Positions 1 through 9,393 of a DNA stretch of 64,000 bases are shown here, piece by piece. The DNA comes from a virus. Taxonomy: Duplodnaviria > Caudoviricetes. The stretch is from positions 1 to 64,000 of IMG/VR virus record IMGVR_UViG_2706795930_000001, one strand, 5' to 3'. The notes beneath the pieces are model-generated. The model did not search any database and had not been told where the DNA came from. It was given only the letters and a program-made list of their open reading frames with translations. Each line of letters starts with the position of its first letter. Within the stretch, counting starts at the first letter, position 1. The position numbers and the translations under genes are program-made.

Positions 1-110
1 TGGTGATGCCTGTGCGCCAGGGTTTTGAGGGGCTCTTAGACAATAAATGATGTCAGCCTGAGAGTCCCAGGACGGGTCATGTTGCATGTCTCGTGCGATA
101 TAGTCGGCAC

Positions 111-677
111 ATGGCAGATGAGACAAGGGCATTCTTCGAGGGGCGAGATCCCGCGGGGCGGTTGCTCTTCACCCTGTACCCGCCGGCGGCCGGGGGAGTG
201 ACAGACATCCAGCTCCACATCGTCCCCGACGTGCCGGCGGACCGAAAGCACCTGTTCTCCGACGACTGCTGGTGCATCCCGCGGGTCGAGTTCAAGGGTG
301 CGGCCGCCGAAAGGGCTGCGTGGATCTACACCCACCAAGTGCCAGAGAAGCGTCACAGTGACGGAAGGAGTGAGCATGTCCGGCGGGAAGATGCTCGGCA
401 AGGAGGCCTGGTCGCGGGCATTCCGGCTGCCGACGAACTCGAACGACCAGACCGCGGCGAAGCGTCGCCGCCGCCGGCGCGAGGCCCGGACGTGGAAGAA
501 GGAGGAGGGCTGAGCTATCGGCCTACGGCTGCCGAGATCAAAGCCCTCCGCGACGACACGCGATCGCCAGGTCGAGACGGCTACTACTGCGCCCCGGTCT
601 CCCTATGCACAGAGGCTCTCACCTGGGCCCGGGGCGACCGACAACGGGCGATCGAATACATGCGCCTGAAGCGATGA
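111..677 (+). CDS. Hypothetical protein, probably leaderless; the C-terminal ~55 aa resemble the EF-Ts N-terminal (UBA-like) domain
   Basis: ATG at 111 lies 6 nt after TATAGT (99-104). C-terminus [12 protein letters not shown]...[20 protein letters not shown] resembles the EF-Ts N-terminus. May be two or three genes. Confidence 0.5.
   Translation: MADETRAFFEGRDPAGRLLFTLYPPAAGGVTDIQLHIVPDVPADRKHLFSDDCWCIPRVEFKGAAAERAAWIYTHQVPEKRHSDGRSEHVRREDARQGGLVAGIPAADELERPDRGEASPPPARGPDVEEGGGLSYRPTAAEIKALRDDTRSPGRDGYYCAPVSLCTEALTWARGDRQRAIEYMRLKR
376..513 (+). CDS. Small Arg-rich protein (MSGGKMLGK...[17 protein letters not shown])
   Basis: GGAAGGAG RBS before ATG 376; overlaps the 111-677 ORF in another frame. 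Confidence 0.5.
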   Translation: MSGGKMLGKEAWSRAFRLPTNSNDQTAAKRRRRRREARTWKKEEG

Positions 678-763
678 GGCCGCGACACGTCAGCCACGAC
701 TGGCGCAACTACCAAACCTGCCAATGCGGGGAGCCCGGGTGCCCCTCGTACCGAAGGAGATTC

Positions 764-1576
764 ATGCCATTCGCCCCCGAGACACCCTACGAAGACCTGT
801 TGCGCGACATCCTGGAGACTGGCAAGTCGAAGGATGATCGCACCGGCACCGGCACGCTGAGCAAGTTCGGCGCCCAGCTGCGGTACGACCTCACCGAGGG
901 CTTCCCGCTGGTCACCACGAAGCGCGTCCACTTCAAATCGGTTGCGTACGAACTTCTGTGGTTCCTCAGTGGCGACACGAACGTGAAGGCGCTCAACGAC
1001 AACGGCGTCACCATCTGGGACGAGTGGGCCGACGCCGGCGGAAACCTCGGTCCTGTCTACGGCGCGCAGTGGCGGCACTGGCATGTCGAGGACGGAGGAT
1101 CGTCGTGGATTGACCAGATCTCGGCCGCCGTGGAGCTGCTTCGCGAGGACCCTGACTCGCGCCGGAACGTGGTATCCGCATGGAACGTCGGTGACCTCAG
1201 CGACATGGCACTTCACCCGTGCCACATCATGTTCCAGCTGTACGTCGTCGACGGCCGGCTCTCGCTGCAGGTCTACCAGCGCAGCGCGGACATGTTCCTC
1301 GGTGTGCCGTTCAATATCGCCTCGTACGCGCTCCTCGCGCACATGTTCGCGCAGCAGGCCGGCCTGCGGGTGGGTGAGCTGATCTGGACCGGCGGCGACT
1401 GCCACATCTACAACAACCACGTCGACCAGGCGCTGATGCAGCTCCGCCGACGACCGCGGCCCTACCCGAGGCTCGTGCTACACCACGCGCCGTCGATCTT
1501 CGACTACCGGTACGAGCACATCCACCTCGTGAACTACGACCCGCACCCGTCGATCAAGGCGCCGGTGGCCGTCTGA
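764..1576 (+). CDS. thyA: Thymidylate synthase
   Basis: [27 protein letters not shown] catalytic motif, [14 protein letters not shown]; GAAGGAG RBS. Confidence 0.97.
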   Translation: MPFAPETPYEDLLRDILETGKSKDDRTGTGTLSKFGAQLRYDLTEGFPLVTTKRVHFKSVAYELLWFLSGDTNVKALNDNGVTIWDEWADAGGNLGPVYGAQWRHWHVEDGGSSWIDQISAAVELLREDPDSRRNVVSAWNVGDLSDMALHPCHIMFQLYVVDGRLSLQVYQRSADMFLGVPFNIASYALLAHMFAQQAGLRVGELIWTGGDCHIYNNHVDQALMQLRRRPRPYPRLVLHHAPSIFDYRYEHIHLVNYDPHPSIKAPVAV

Positions 1577-2418
1577 TGGGGGTTCGAGTATGGGCCCAGA
1601 GCCTCAACGACAACGAGCTGCATCCGCTCCACGTGTTCCGGTTCCCGGGCGGGGAGTGGCACATCGACGTGGATAAGTCGAACCTGGACGGCACGACCAA
1701 GTATCGGTGGATCGCAGAGGTAAGGGGCGCCAGCGCTGAAGACCTGGTTGTAGCCAACCTCATGGCAGACACCGCCCGACAGTTCCTGGAGGAGCGGTTC
1801 CTCCTGATTCCGTACCTGCCGGCGGCCAGGGCCGATCGGGGAGTCCCGTCCGGCCTCGGCGTGTACGGAGACATCATCAACGCGGGGAGCTGGGACCAGG
1901 TCATCTCTCTGGATGTCCACAATCCTGCTGCCGCGTATGGCGAAGTGAGCGGCCTGCTCAGCCTGTCGCCAACGCCGCTCCTCGCCGCCACGGTCGAGCA
2001 CCAGGACGCCTTCACTGGCGTCATCGCACCTGACGCCGGCGCCGAGCAGCGAGCCCAGGACGTCGCATCAACGCTGGGCGTCGAGCTGGTCGTCGCCGAC
2101 AAGAAGCGCGACTTCGCCACCGGCAAGATCCTCGGCATCACCTGCCCTCCTGTCGATCCGCGGGGCAACTACCTCGTGGTCGACGACATCTGCGACGGCG
2201 GGGGCACCTTCATGGGCCTCGCCGACGCAACCGGCCTGGATCGGGACCGCCTATCCCTCTGGGTCACCCACGGCATCTTCTCGGGCGCGAGCTCGCAGCT
2301 GTGGGAGAAGTTCAAGGCGATCTACACCACCGACAGCCATCCCGGCTCCGGACAGCTCGGCAAGTACACCGTCAAAACGCCCGTGTGGCCCTACATGATT
2401 CGGAGAATCGTCAAGTGA
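1576..2418 (+). CDS. Ribose-phosphate pyrophosphokinase-like protein (candidate NARP1 Adps)
   Basis: FPGGE, PYLPAARADR, APDAGA, VVDDICDGGGTF PRTase motif, THGIFS. Confidence 0.9.
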   Translation: MGVRVWAQSLNDNELHPLHVFRFPGGEWHIDVDKSNLDGTTKYRWIAEVRGASAEDLVVANLMADTARQFLEERFLLIPYLPAARADRGVPSGLGVYGDIINAGSWDQVISLDVHNPAAAYGEVSGLLSLSPTPLLAATVEHQDAFTGVIAPDAGAEQRAQDVASTLGVELVVADKKRDFATGKILGITCPPVDPRGNYLVVDDICDGGGTFMGLADATGLDRDRLSLWVTHGIFSGASSQLWEKFKAIYTTDSHPGSGQLGKYTVKTPVWPYMIRRIVK

Positions 2419-3905
2419 CCAAGTTCGCCCCCGTTGCGGCCCTGTTCCAGACCGACGCCTACAAGCTCGACCACCGCAACCAGTACCGACTCGCCGGTGA
2501 CGTCACCCGTGTGTACTCCAACTTCACGAACCGCAAGAGCCGTCTCCCTGGCATCGACGAGGTCGTCCACTTCGGGCTGCAGGCGTTCATCCAGAAGAAC
2601 CTCGTGGAGGCCTTCGAGCCGTTCTTCGCTGCGGACGAGGACCTGGTGGCCGATCTGTACGTGGAGCGCGTCACGCAGATCCTCGGGCCGAACACGATCG
2701 GTTCCGACCACGTCCGCGCCCTGCACCGGAAGGGCTACCTCCCGCTGCGGTTCTGCGCGGTCCCCGAGGGCACCCTGGTACCGATCCGCGTGCCGTCGTT
2801 CACGGTCGAGAACACCGATCCCGAGTTCTTCTGGCTGACCAACTACATCGAGACCGCGCTGTCGGCCGGCGTCTGGCAGGCGTCCACCTCCGCGACGATC
2901 GCCCACGAGTACCGCCTGATCCTCGACCAGGCGGCCGAGGCCACCGGTGGCGCACCCGAGGCCGTGGACTTCCAGTGCCACGACTTCTCCTACCGCGGGA
3001 TGTCGTCGCAGGAGTCGGCCCAGCTGTCCGGCGCGGCCCACCTCCTGTCGTTCAGCGGCACGGACTCCTTGGTCGCCCTGGACTGGATCGACCGGTACTA
3101 CGGCGGCGAGTACGTCGCTGGGTCGGTGCCGGCGACGGAGCACTCGGTGATGTGCACGGGCATCGAGAAGATCGGGGAGCAGCAGCTGTTCTCCCGGCTG
3201 CTCGACCTGTATCCGACTGGCATCTTCTCCGTCGTCTCGGACACCTTCGACCTGTGGCGAGTGCTCATCGAGTTCCTGCCGGTGCTCAGCGATAAGATCC
3301 TCCGGCGCGACGGCAAACTGGTCATCCGGCCGGACTCGGGTGACCCGGAAAAAATCATCTGCGGCGACCCCGCGAGCTCGGACTGGCGCGAGCGGATGGG
3401 CGTCGTGAAGCTGCTCGACCTTGAGTTCGGCTCCACGGTCAATGAGGCAGGGTTCCGCGAGCTCGACCCGCACGTGGGTGTGATCTACGGCGATTCGATC
3501 ACCCTGAATCGGGCGGCGTCGATCACCGGTCGGCTCGCTGAGATGGGTTACGCGTCCACGAACGTCGTTTTCGGCGTCGGCTCGTACACGTACCAGTACA
3601 ACACCCGGGACACGTTCGGCAGCGCCATGAAGGCCACGTGGGCCGAGGTGGACGGTGAGGGCGTGAACCTGCTCAAGGACCCGATCACCGACGACGGAAC
3701 GAAGCGCTCGGCCACAGGCCGCCTGGCGGTGCTCAGTGACGACGACGGGCGCATCGCACTGATGGAGAAGGCCCCGGCTGACATGGAGGCGCTGAGCCTG
3801 CTCCAGCCCGTCTGGGAGGACGGCAAGTTCGTGCGCCGGCAGACCTTCGCCGAGGTGCGCGAAGTCTTGGCCCAGTCGTCTCCGAGCGCCCTGACCTACG
3901 CCTGA
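2415..3905 (+). CDS. Nicotinamide phosphoribosyltransferase-like protein (candidate NARP1 Namat)
   Basis: TDAYK, HDFSYRG, VPATEHSVM, SVVSDTFD, VIRPDSGDP, IYGDSIT, FGVGS, KDPITDDGTKRSATG; GTGA overlap with the upstream gene. Confidence 0.93.
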   Translation: MTKFAPVAALFQTDAYKLDHRNQYRLAGDVTRVYSNFTNRKSRLPGIDEVVHFGLQAFIQKNLVEAFEPFFAADEDLVADLYVERVTQILGPNTIGSDHVRALHRKGYLPLRFCAVPEGTLVPIRVPSFTVENTDPEFFWLTNYIETALSAGVWQASTSATIAHEYRLILDQAAEATGGAPEAVDFQCHDFSYRGMSSQESAQLSGAAHLLSFSGTDSLVALDWIDRYYGGEYVAGSVPATEHSVMCTGIEKIGEQQLFSRLLDLYPTGIFSVVSDTFDLWRVLIEFLPVLSDKILRRDGKLVIRPDSGDPEKIICGDPASSDWRERMGVVKLLDLEFGSTVNEAGFRELDPHVGVIYGDSITLNRAASITGRLAEMGYASTNVVFGVGSYTYQYNTRDTFGSAMKATWAEVDGEGVNLLKDPITDDGTKRSATGRLAVLSDDDGRIALMEKAPADMEALSLLQPVWEDGKFVRRQTFAEVREVLAQSSPSALTYA

Positions 3906-4039
3906 TGTGGGTCGTCACCATCAACACCTGGGACAACGGGTCGATGTCCCCGCGCATGAGTTGGCCTGACGCCTTCGAGTTCATGGGCTGGCTTACCTCG
4001 ATCAACGTCCCCGCCTACGCACGAAAGGTAGCACCATGA
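3905..4039 (+). CDS. Hypothetical 44-aa protein
   Basis: TGATG/ATGA translational coupling on both sides. Confidence 0.55.
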   Translation: MWVVTINTWDNGSMSPRMSWPDAFEFMGWLTSINVPAYARKVAP

Positions 4040-4284
4040 TCCCCACCGCCGCGACGATGTACCGCCTCGTCGAGTTCGACGCCGACAGCATTCTTCTCGA
4101 CTTCGGCACCGTGGATCTGTTCAACGAGATCCAGGCCCGGCGCCCGGGACTGGACCCGTCGAGGATCGAGTTCCACAGTGAGGGCGCGTACTTCCGAAAC
4201 GGAGTCCTCACCACCGACCTCACCAAGCTGGACAAGGGCGAGCAGCCAGCGTTCGTGCTCATCCGGGCGGAGATCAGCGAGTGA
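4036..4284 (+). CDS. Hypothetical protein
   Basis: AAAGGT RBS, coupled ORF. Confidence 0.7.
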   Translation: MIPTAATMYRLVEFDADSILLDFGTVDLFNEIQARRPGLDPSRIEFHSEGAYFRNGVLTTDLTKLDKGEQPAFVLIRAEISE

Positions 4285-4574
4285 CGGTGGCCCTCCCACG
4301 CTTCGCGATGCTGTGCTTCGATCGCGAGACGAACGAGTTGATCATGCAGGCCGAGAACGTCGAGCTGGTGCCGCCAGGAATGGCCTACGAGGTCGACAAG
4401 CCCGAGGATCTTTATCCGTGGGATCTCGACCGGCATTGGACCATTCCGCCGCGCCGACGCATCGAGGCGACGTTCCGGTTTCTCGACGACGAGAAGCTCG
4501 GCTACGCCTACCGTCGCATCCTCACCCGCCGCGAGCGGGCTGTGGTTGAGGAGCTGCTCAGTGGCGTGGGCTGA
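4281..4574 (+). CDS. Hypothetical protein
   Basis: GTGA overlap, coupled ORF. Confidence 0.65.
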   Translation: MTVALPRFAMLCFDRETNELIMQAENVELVPPGMAYEVDKPEDLYPWDLDRHWTIPPRRRIEATFRFLDDEKLGYAYRRILTRRERAVVEELLSGVG

Positions 4575-4869
4575 TAAGGCCCCGCGGCCGAAGTCTCTGG
4601 AGTTCCAGGTCAATCGGCCGATTCGCCTGGAGATGGACGGGTACGTCTGTCAGATCCAGGGTCCGCAGTGCACCGTCTCGGCGACCGAGGTCGATCATGT
4701 GATCCCGGTCGCCGAGGGCGGGGGCGACAATCTGGAGAATCTCCAGTCCATCTGCTCCGAGTGTCACAAGCCGAAGACCCACGCGGAGTCTCGGCGGTCG
4801 TATCGGCGCAACCGGGAGAAGGCCAAGCACCCGTGGACGCGGATCAAGCACCCCGGATACGTCGACTGA
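4561..4869 (+). CDS. HNH endonuclease (terminase-associated type)
   Basis: CQ..GPQC...EVDHVIP...GGGDNLENLQSICSECHKPKT; upstream of the terminase genes. Confidence 0.9.
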   Translation: MAWADKAPRPKSLEFQVNRPIRLEMDGYVCQIQGPQCTVSATEVDHVIPVAEGGGDNLENLQSICSECHKPKTHAESRRSYRRNREKAKHPWTRIKHPGYVD

Positions 4870-4925
4870 GTCCCGAGATCCCGATTTAAGCCCCTGTGGG
4901 GCAGTATGATTGACAACAGAACGTC

Positions 4926-5064
4926 ACGATGAGGCGTCAAACCGCGAAAGTAGCATAAGCATAGCGGAAGGTCTCGGCGGCTTCGGGTGCGGCCAACACC
5001 CGCGGCCCGGCTGGGGGAGTTACCTCCTATCATCCCTGGAATCAGCCAACCTGCGCCTCATCGT
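4926..5064 (+). ncRNA. Putative structured RNA of unknown class
   Basis: Perfect 11-bp closing stem ACGATGAGGCG/CGCCTCATCGT with internal hairpins; follows TATGAT (4905-4910) and ends 7 nt before the tRNA. Confidence 0.35.
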
Positions 5065-5071
5065 ATCCCCT

Positions 5072-5143
5072 TGCCGCATAGCTCAATTGGCAGAGCTCCC
5101 GACTATTAACGGGTGGGTCCTGGTTCGAGTCCAGGTGCGGCAA
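5072..5143 (+). tRNA. tRNA-Asn-like gene with ATT anticodon and a 1-nt deletion in the anticodon stem (possibly a pseudo-tRNA); no encoded CCA
   Basis: Acceptor TGCCGCA/TGCGGCA, D arm GCTC/GAGC, T arm CCTGG-TTCGAGT-CCAGG; anticodon arm CCCGA-CTATTAA-CGGG. Confidence 0.75.
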
Positions 5144-5374
5144 CTGAGAGGCCCCAGCAGGGAGCTGGGGCATAACATCGCGGCATGCACTCCGCGCTCT
5201 CTTGAAAACCTCTCCCGCCCAAGAGGATAAGTCAGGTCGCGCCTGGCATGGGCACAGCCTCACGTGTTGATCGTACGAAGCTGCGTGGGGGGTCCGAGGG
5301 TCTAGCGGGACCTCGTAAATATCTCCCGCGAAACTTGCGCGCCAGTGCGGGAAGTTGGGTGGCGTCGAGAGCCC

Positions 5375-5402
5375 TTGAATCTCGTTGCCTGTCTCGTAAT
5401 CT
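5375..5402 (+). promoter_or_regulatory. Putative SigA-like promoter TTGAAT-16-TAATCT with an operator-motif copy in the spacer
   Basis: Hexamer match; motif copy at 5383-5397. Confidence 0.4.
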
Positions 5403-5623
5403 GAATGTAGCGGTGGGATGCGCCATCGTCGCCCGATATGAAACCGAAAGGGCCAAAACAACGCATCCCTTCTGGGTCCGGTTTCTCCGCAGCGACGTCA
5501 TGTCCGCGGGCCGTCGACCCGTTCTGATCCCGACATGGGAGTTCTGACAAATGAGTCATTCCATATTCGCCGCTCGCGCAACCGTTTTGACGGTGCGCGA
5601 TTTCGTTGTATCTGGGGCACGCT

Positions 5624-6089
5624 GATGGGCGCCCGCGGACCGGCCGCCAAGGACCCGTCCGAGCTGACCGGCCATCACTCGAAGTCTGTTCTCGCCGGCG
5701 ACGGCTGGGAAGAGATCGACCCCGACGCCGCGGTACCCGAGGCGCCCGAGCTGCCCGACTGGGTGGAAACCACCGACGTCGGCCGGGCTGTCTACGACTA
5801 CCTCACCTCGATTCCGCAGGCCCAGAAGTACGGCCCGGGCACTCACTGGGTGCTCTGGATGTCGATCCCGCTGATTGAGCGCTACTTGGCCAAGCCGGGA
5901 TCTGAGAACTACAAGGCCATCCTGTCCACCCTGGGCAGCGCCCTCCGCCTGACCGAAGACGACCTCGCACGCGCACGCATCCGCATGGTGAGTGCCGCCG
6001 AGGCTTCCGACGACCCGTCAGAAACCAGCCAGCAGAACGCGAAGGTCATCGCGATGCAGGAGCGGCGAAACCGACTCAAGGGGGGCTAA
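5624..6089 (+). CDS. Terminase small subunit
   Basis: MGARGPAAK start, LRLTEDDLARARI motif, directly coupled to terL. Confidence 0.8.
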
Positions 6090-7825
6090 TGCCCCACGAC
6101 GTCGTTCGCGCCCCGGGGCACGACCGCGACCTGAGCCTCGGGTGGCTCGCCACTGCCTGGATGGAGTACTTCTGCGTACACGGCCCAGGTGACATCCAGG
6201 GTGAACCGGTCGACCCGATGATCGATGAGTACGTCGCTTTCATCGTCGACACGTACACCCACGACAAGGATGGCAAGCGCCTCTACGACCACGTCTTCCT
6301 CTCCCGGCCAAAGGGTTGCGCGAAGTCTGAGGTCGCCGCACTGATAGCGATGTTCGAGGCGTTCGGGCCCTGCCGGTTCGACGGCTTCGCGCAGGGCGGC
6401 GAGGTCTTCCGCGATCCATGGGGCGCGGGATTCGAGTACGTCTACCAGCCCGGCGAGCCGATGGGCAAGAAGCTCCAGACGCCGTTCATTCGCTGCATGT
6501 CGACCACGGAGGACCAGTCCGGCCTGGTCTACGACACCATCTACCTCAATCTCACCGAGGGTCCGCTCCAGTGCGCTCTGCCGCGCAAGGACATGGCCGG
6601 CCTGACCCGCATCGTCATCCCCGGTGGCGGGGAGATCGTCCCGTCGTCCGCCGGCTCCGCATCGAAGGATGGCGGCAAGGACACCCTCGCGATCTTCGAC
6701 GAGACGCACCTCTACAACCTCCCGGGCCTGCGGTCGATGTACAAGACCGTCGCTCGAAACCTGGTGAAGCGCCGCAAGACTGCCGGCACCTTCGCCATCG
6801 AGACCACCACGATGTACGCACCGGGCGAAGACTCGGTCGCGGAGATGACGTACAACCTGGTCAAGGACATCAAGTCCGGCAAGGTCAAGCGCACCCGTCA
6901 GTTGTTCGATCACCGCTACGGCGACATCACACCCGAGGATCTCGGGGACCAGGAGAAGGTCCGCAAGGCGCTCATCGAGTCCTACGGCGACTGCACCTGG
7001 AACGACGTCGACGGCCTCATGGACGAGATCTACGGCGCCCGTGACCCCAACGACCTCACGTCGATGTTCCGCTACTGGTTCAACTCGCCCTTCTCCGCGG
7101 AGAACGCCTGGATCGCCTCGTGGGAGTGGAACGGTGCCGGCCTGGTCGACGACGAGGACCTGGACCCGGACGAGCCGAACCCCAACCCCGACCCGATCAA
7201 GGCCGGCGACACGATTGTCCTCGGATTCGACGGATCACGGAAGCGCCGCAAGGGCGTCACGGACTCCACGGCCCTCATCGGCTGCCGCGTCAAGGATGGC
7301 GCGATCTTCGAGATCGAGGTCTGGGAGCAGCCCTCGGAGTGGCGAAGCAGCGAGGGCTGGGAGGTCGACACCGGCGTCGTCGACCTGAAGATCCGCCAGA
7401 CCTTCAAGAAGTACCGCGTCGTCGGCTTCTACGCCGACCCCGCCCTCTGGGAGACCTGGGTCGCGAAGTGGGAAGCCCGCTACGGCGACCGGCTCAAACT
7501 CAAGGCAAGCGGCACCCACCCAATCGAGTGGTGGATGACCGGCGCCCGGGGATCGAAAACCGTTGCTGCGCTGGAAGAGTTCCGGAACGCCGTCCTCGAC
7601 CGCGAGCTCAGGCACTTCAACGAGGACATCCTCAGCGGCCACGTGCTCAATGCCCGCCGATCCGAGACGCCCCGCGGCGTCCAGATCCGCAAAGAGAACC
7701 CCGACTCACCCCGCAAGATCGACGCCGCGGTCGCCGCGGTGCTCGCCTGGCAAGCCCGCCTTGATGCCGTCGCCAAGGGCATCGGCGAGGCCCCGAAGAA
7801 GCGCATCGCTCGAAAGATCCGTTAG
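6089..7825 (+). CDS. Terminase large subunit
   Basis: SRPKGCAKSE Walker A variant, AIFDETH Walker B, LGFDGS nuclease motif, KIDAAVA. Confidence 0.95.
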   Translation: MPHDVVRAPGHDRDLSLGWLATAWMEYFCVHGPGDIQGEPVDPMIDEYVAFIVDTYTHDKDGKRLYDHVFLSRPKGCAKSEVAALIAMFEAFGPCRFDGFAQGGEVFRDPWGAGFEYVYQPGEPMGKKLQTPFIRCMSTTEDQSGLVYDTIYLNLTEGPLQCALPRKDMAGLTRIVIPGGGEIVPSSAGSASKDGGKDTLAIFDETHLYNLPGLRSMYKTVARNLVKRRKTAGTFAIETTTMYAPGEDSVAEMTYNLVKDIKSGKVKRTRQLFDHRYGDITPEDLGDQEKVRKALIESYGDCTWNDVDGLMDEIYGARDPNDLTSMFRYWFNSPFSAENAWIASWEWNGAGLVDDEDLDPDEPNPNPDPIKAGDTIVLGFDGSRKRRKGVTDSTALIGCRVKDGAIFEIEVWEQPSEWRSSEGWEVDTGVVDLKIRQTFKKYRVVGFYADPALWETWVAKWEARYGDRLKLKASGTHPIEWWMTGARGSKTVAALEEFRNAVLDRELRHFNEDILSGHVLNARRSETPRGVQIRKENPDSPRKIDAAVAAVLAWQARLDAVAKGIGEAPKKRIARKIR

Positions 7826-7833
7826 GACAACGC

Positions 7834-9393
7834 ATGCAGGAATCCGACGACGTTGAATCCCCAGAGTTCTGGTTCGACAAGACGTTTCAGCAGTTCACCC
7901 TCGAAACCGAGGAGAGTGACCGCACGGCGTCGTGGACCAACCGGCCGAAGGACCGCCGAGAGCGACTGACGCTGCTCTGGGACTTCGTCACGGGCAACCC
8001 GCCGCTGCCGTTCATCTCCGAGAAGTATCGGGAGATCTTCGAGCAGATCATGCGGAAGACCCGGACCAACTACGCGCTGCTCGCGGTCGAGTCCATGGTC
8101 GACCACAGCAAGGTCGCCTCGGTCACCACAGAGGCCGACGAGGACTTCGACGGCGACGAGTTCGCCGCGATCGTCCACGAGGCGTCCGGGTTCGAGGCGA
8201 TGCACTCCGACCTGCAGACCTTCCTGTTCGCGTTTGGCGAGGCCTACGCGCAGGTCGTCCCGCCGGCGGAGGGGCTCGACGCATCGGTCACCCCGCCGAT
8301 GATGGTCGCCGAGGACCCGCGGTTCTGTGTGGGCATCCCGAACCCGCTCCTGCCTGGCCGACTGAAGTCCTGGGTCAAGGTCTGGAACGACGACGTCATG
8401 GACCAGCAGGTCGCCACGTTCTGCTTCGCCGGCAAGCGGTGGACTGCTCGACGGACCCCTGAGACCTACTCCGAAACCTTCAACATCGAGGAGTGGGAGT
8501 GGTCGACACTGCCGGGGGAGGGCCCGGTCGACATGGCCTACCTGGAACCGTTCGGTGGCGTCCCGGTGGTGCGGTTCGACAACAAGTACGGCATGGGCGA
8601 GTTCGAGCCCCACATCGACGTCCTGGACCGCATCAATGACGCTGTCCTGCAGCGGGTCATCATCCAGTGGTACCAGAGCTTCCGTCAGCGTGCGGTCTCC
8701 GGCGACATCGATGGCGGCGAGGACTACACCGACGACGACGAGACCGACTCGCTGATCAAGTCGATGCACGAGGGGACCGACGAGCTCAAGAACCTCTTCG
8801 AGGCCGACCCGGGATCACTGTGGCTCCTCCCTGAGGGCGTGACGTTCTGGGAATCGGGCAACACCGACTTCGGCCCGCTTGCCAAGGCGATCCAGGACGA
8901 CGTGAAGGCGTTCGCATCGGTCTCTCGCACCCCGCTGACCATGTTCAACCCCGACGGCGCCAATCAGACCGCCGAGGGTGCGGCGACGATGAAGGAGTCG
9001 CATCTCGACAAGGTGCGGAACCGCCAGTCGCGCCAGACTCCGGGCCTGGTTCTGCTGCACCAGATCGCGTTCGCCATGGGTGGGCAGGAGAACCGAGCAA
9101 GCCGAGTCAAGATCCACTGGCAGAACCCCGAGCGTACGACCCTGCAGATGAAGGGCGACTTCATGGCCAAGGCCAAGGGCGTCCTGTCTCGCAAGCGCAT
9201 CCTCTCCAAGGTCCTCGACATGACCCCCGACGAGATCCGCCTCAACGAGAAGGAGCTCATGGAGGAGGCGATGATGGCCGCCACGCTCATGGCCACGATG
9301 ACTCCCGAGACGGATGCCGAGACCTCCGAGCCGACCCCGCCTGCTGACGAGGCCCCCGACGAGCAGGACGAGACCGCCGACGAGGCCGCCTGA
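7834..9393 (+). CDS. Portal protein (SPP1 gp6-like)
   Basis: Position and size; GVPVVRFDN...GEFEPHIDVLDRIN motif. Confidence 0.9.
   Translation: MQESDDVESPEFWFDKTFQQFTLETEESDRTASWTNRPKDRRERLTLLWDFVTGNPPLPFISEKYREIFEQIMRKTRTNYALLAVESMVDHSKVASVTTEADEDFDGDEFAAIVHEASGFEAMHSDLQTFLFAFGEAYAQVVPPAEGLDASVTPPMMVAEDPRFCVGIPNPLLPGRLKSWVKVWNDDVMDQQVATFCFAGKRWTARRTPETYSETFNIEEWEWSTLPGEGPVDMAYLEPFGGVPVVRFDNKYGMGEFEPHIDVLDRINDAVLQRVIIQWYQSFRQRAVSGDIDGGEDYTDDDETDSLIKSMHEGTDELKNLFEADPGSLWLLPEGVTFWESGNTDFGPLAKAIQDDVKAFASVSRTPLTMFNPDGANQTAEGAATMKESHLDKVRNRQSRQTPGLVLLHQIAFAMGGQENRASRVKIHWQNPERTTLQMKGDFMAKAKGVLSRKRILSKVLDMTPDEIRLNEKELMEEAMMAATLMATMTPETDAETSEPTPPADEAPDEQDETADEAA

Noticed and set aside
4925-4955. 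Hammerhead ribozyme (GATGA...GAAA)
   Set aside because: The core reads ACGATGA rather than CTGANGA, and stems I and III could not be built.
5230-5350. cos/packaging site between the HNH gene and terS
   Set aside because: The position is suggestive, but no terminus can be identified from sequence alone.
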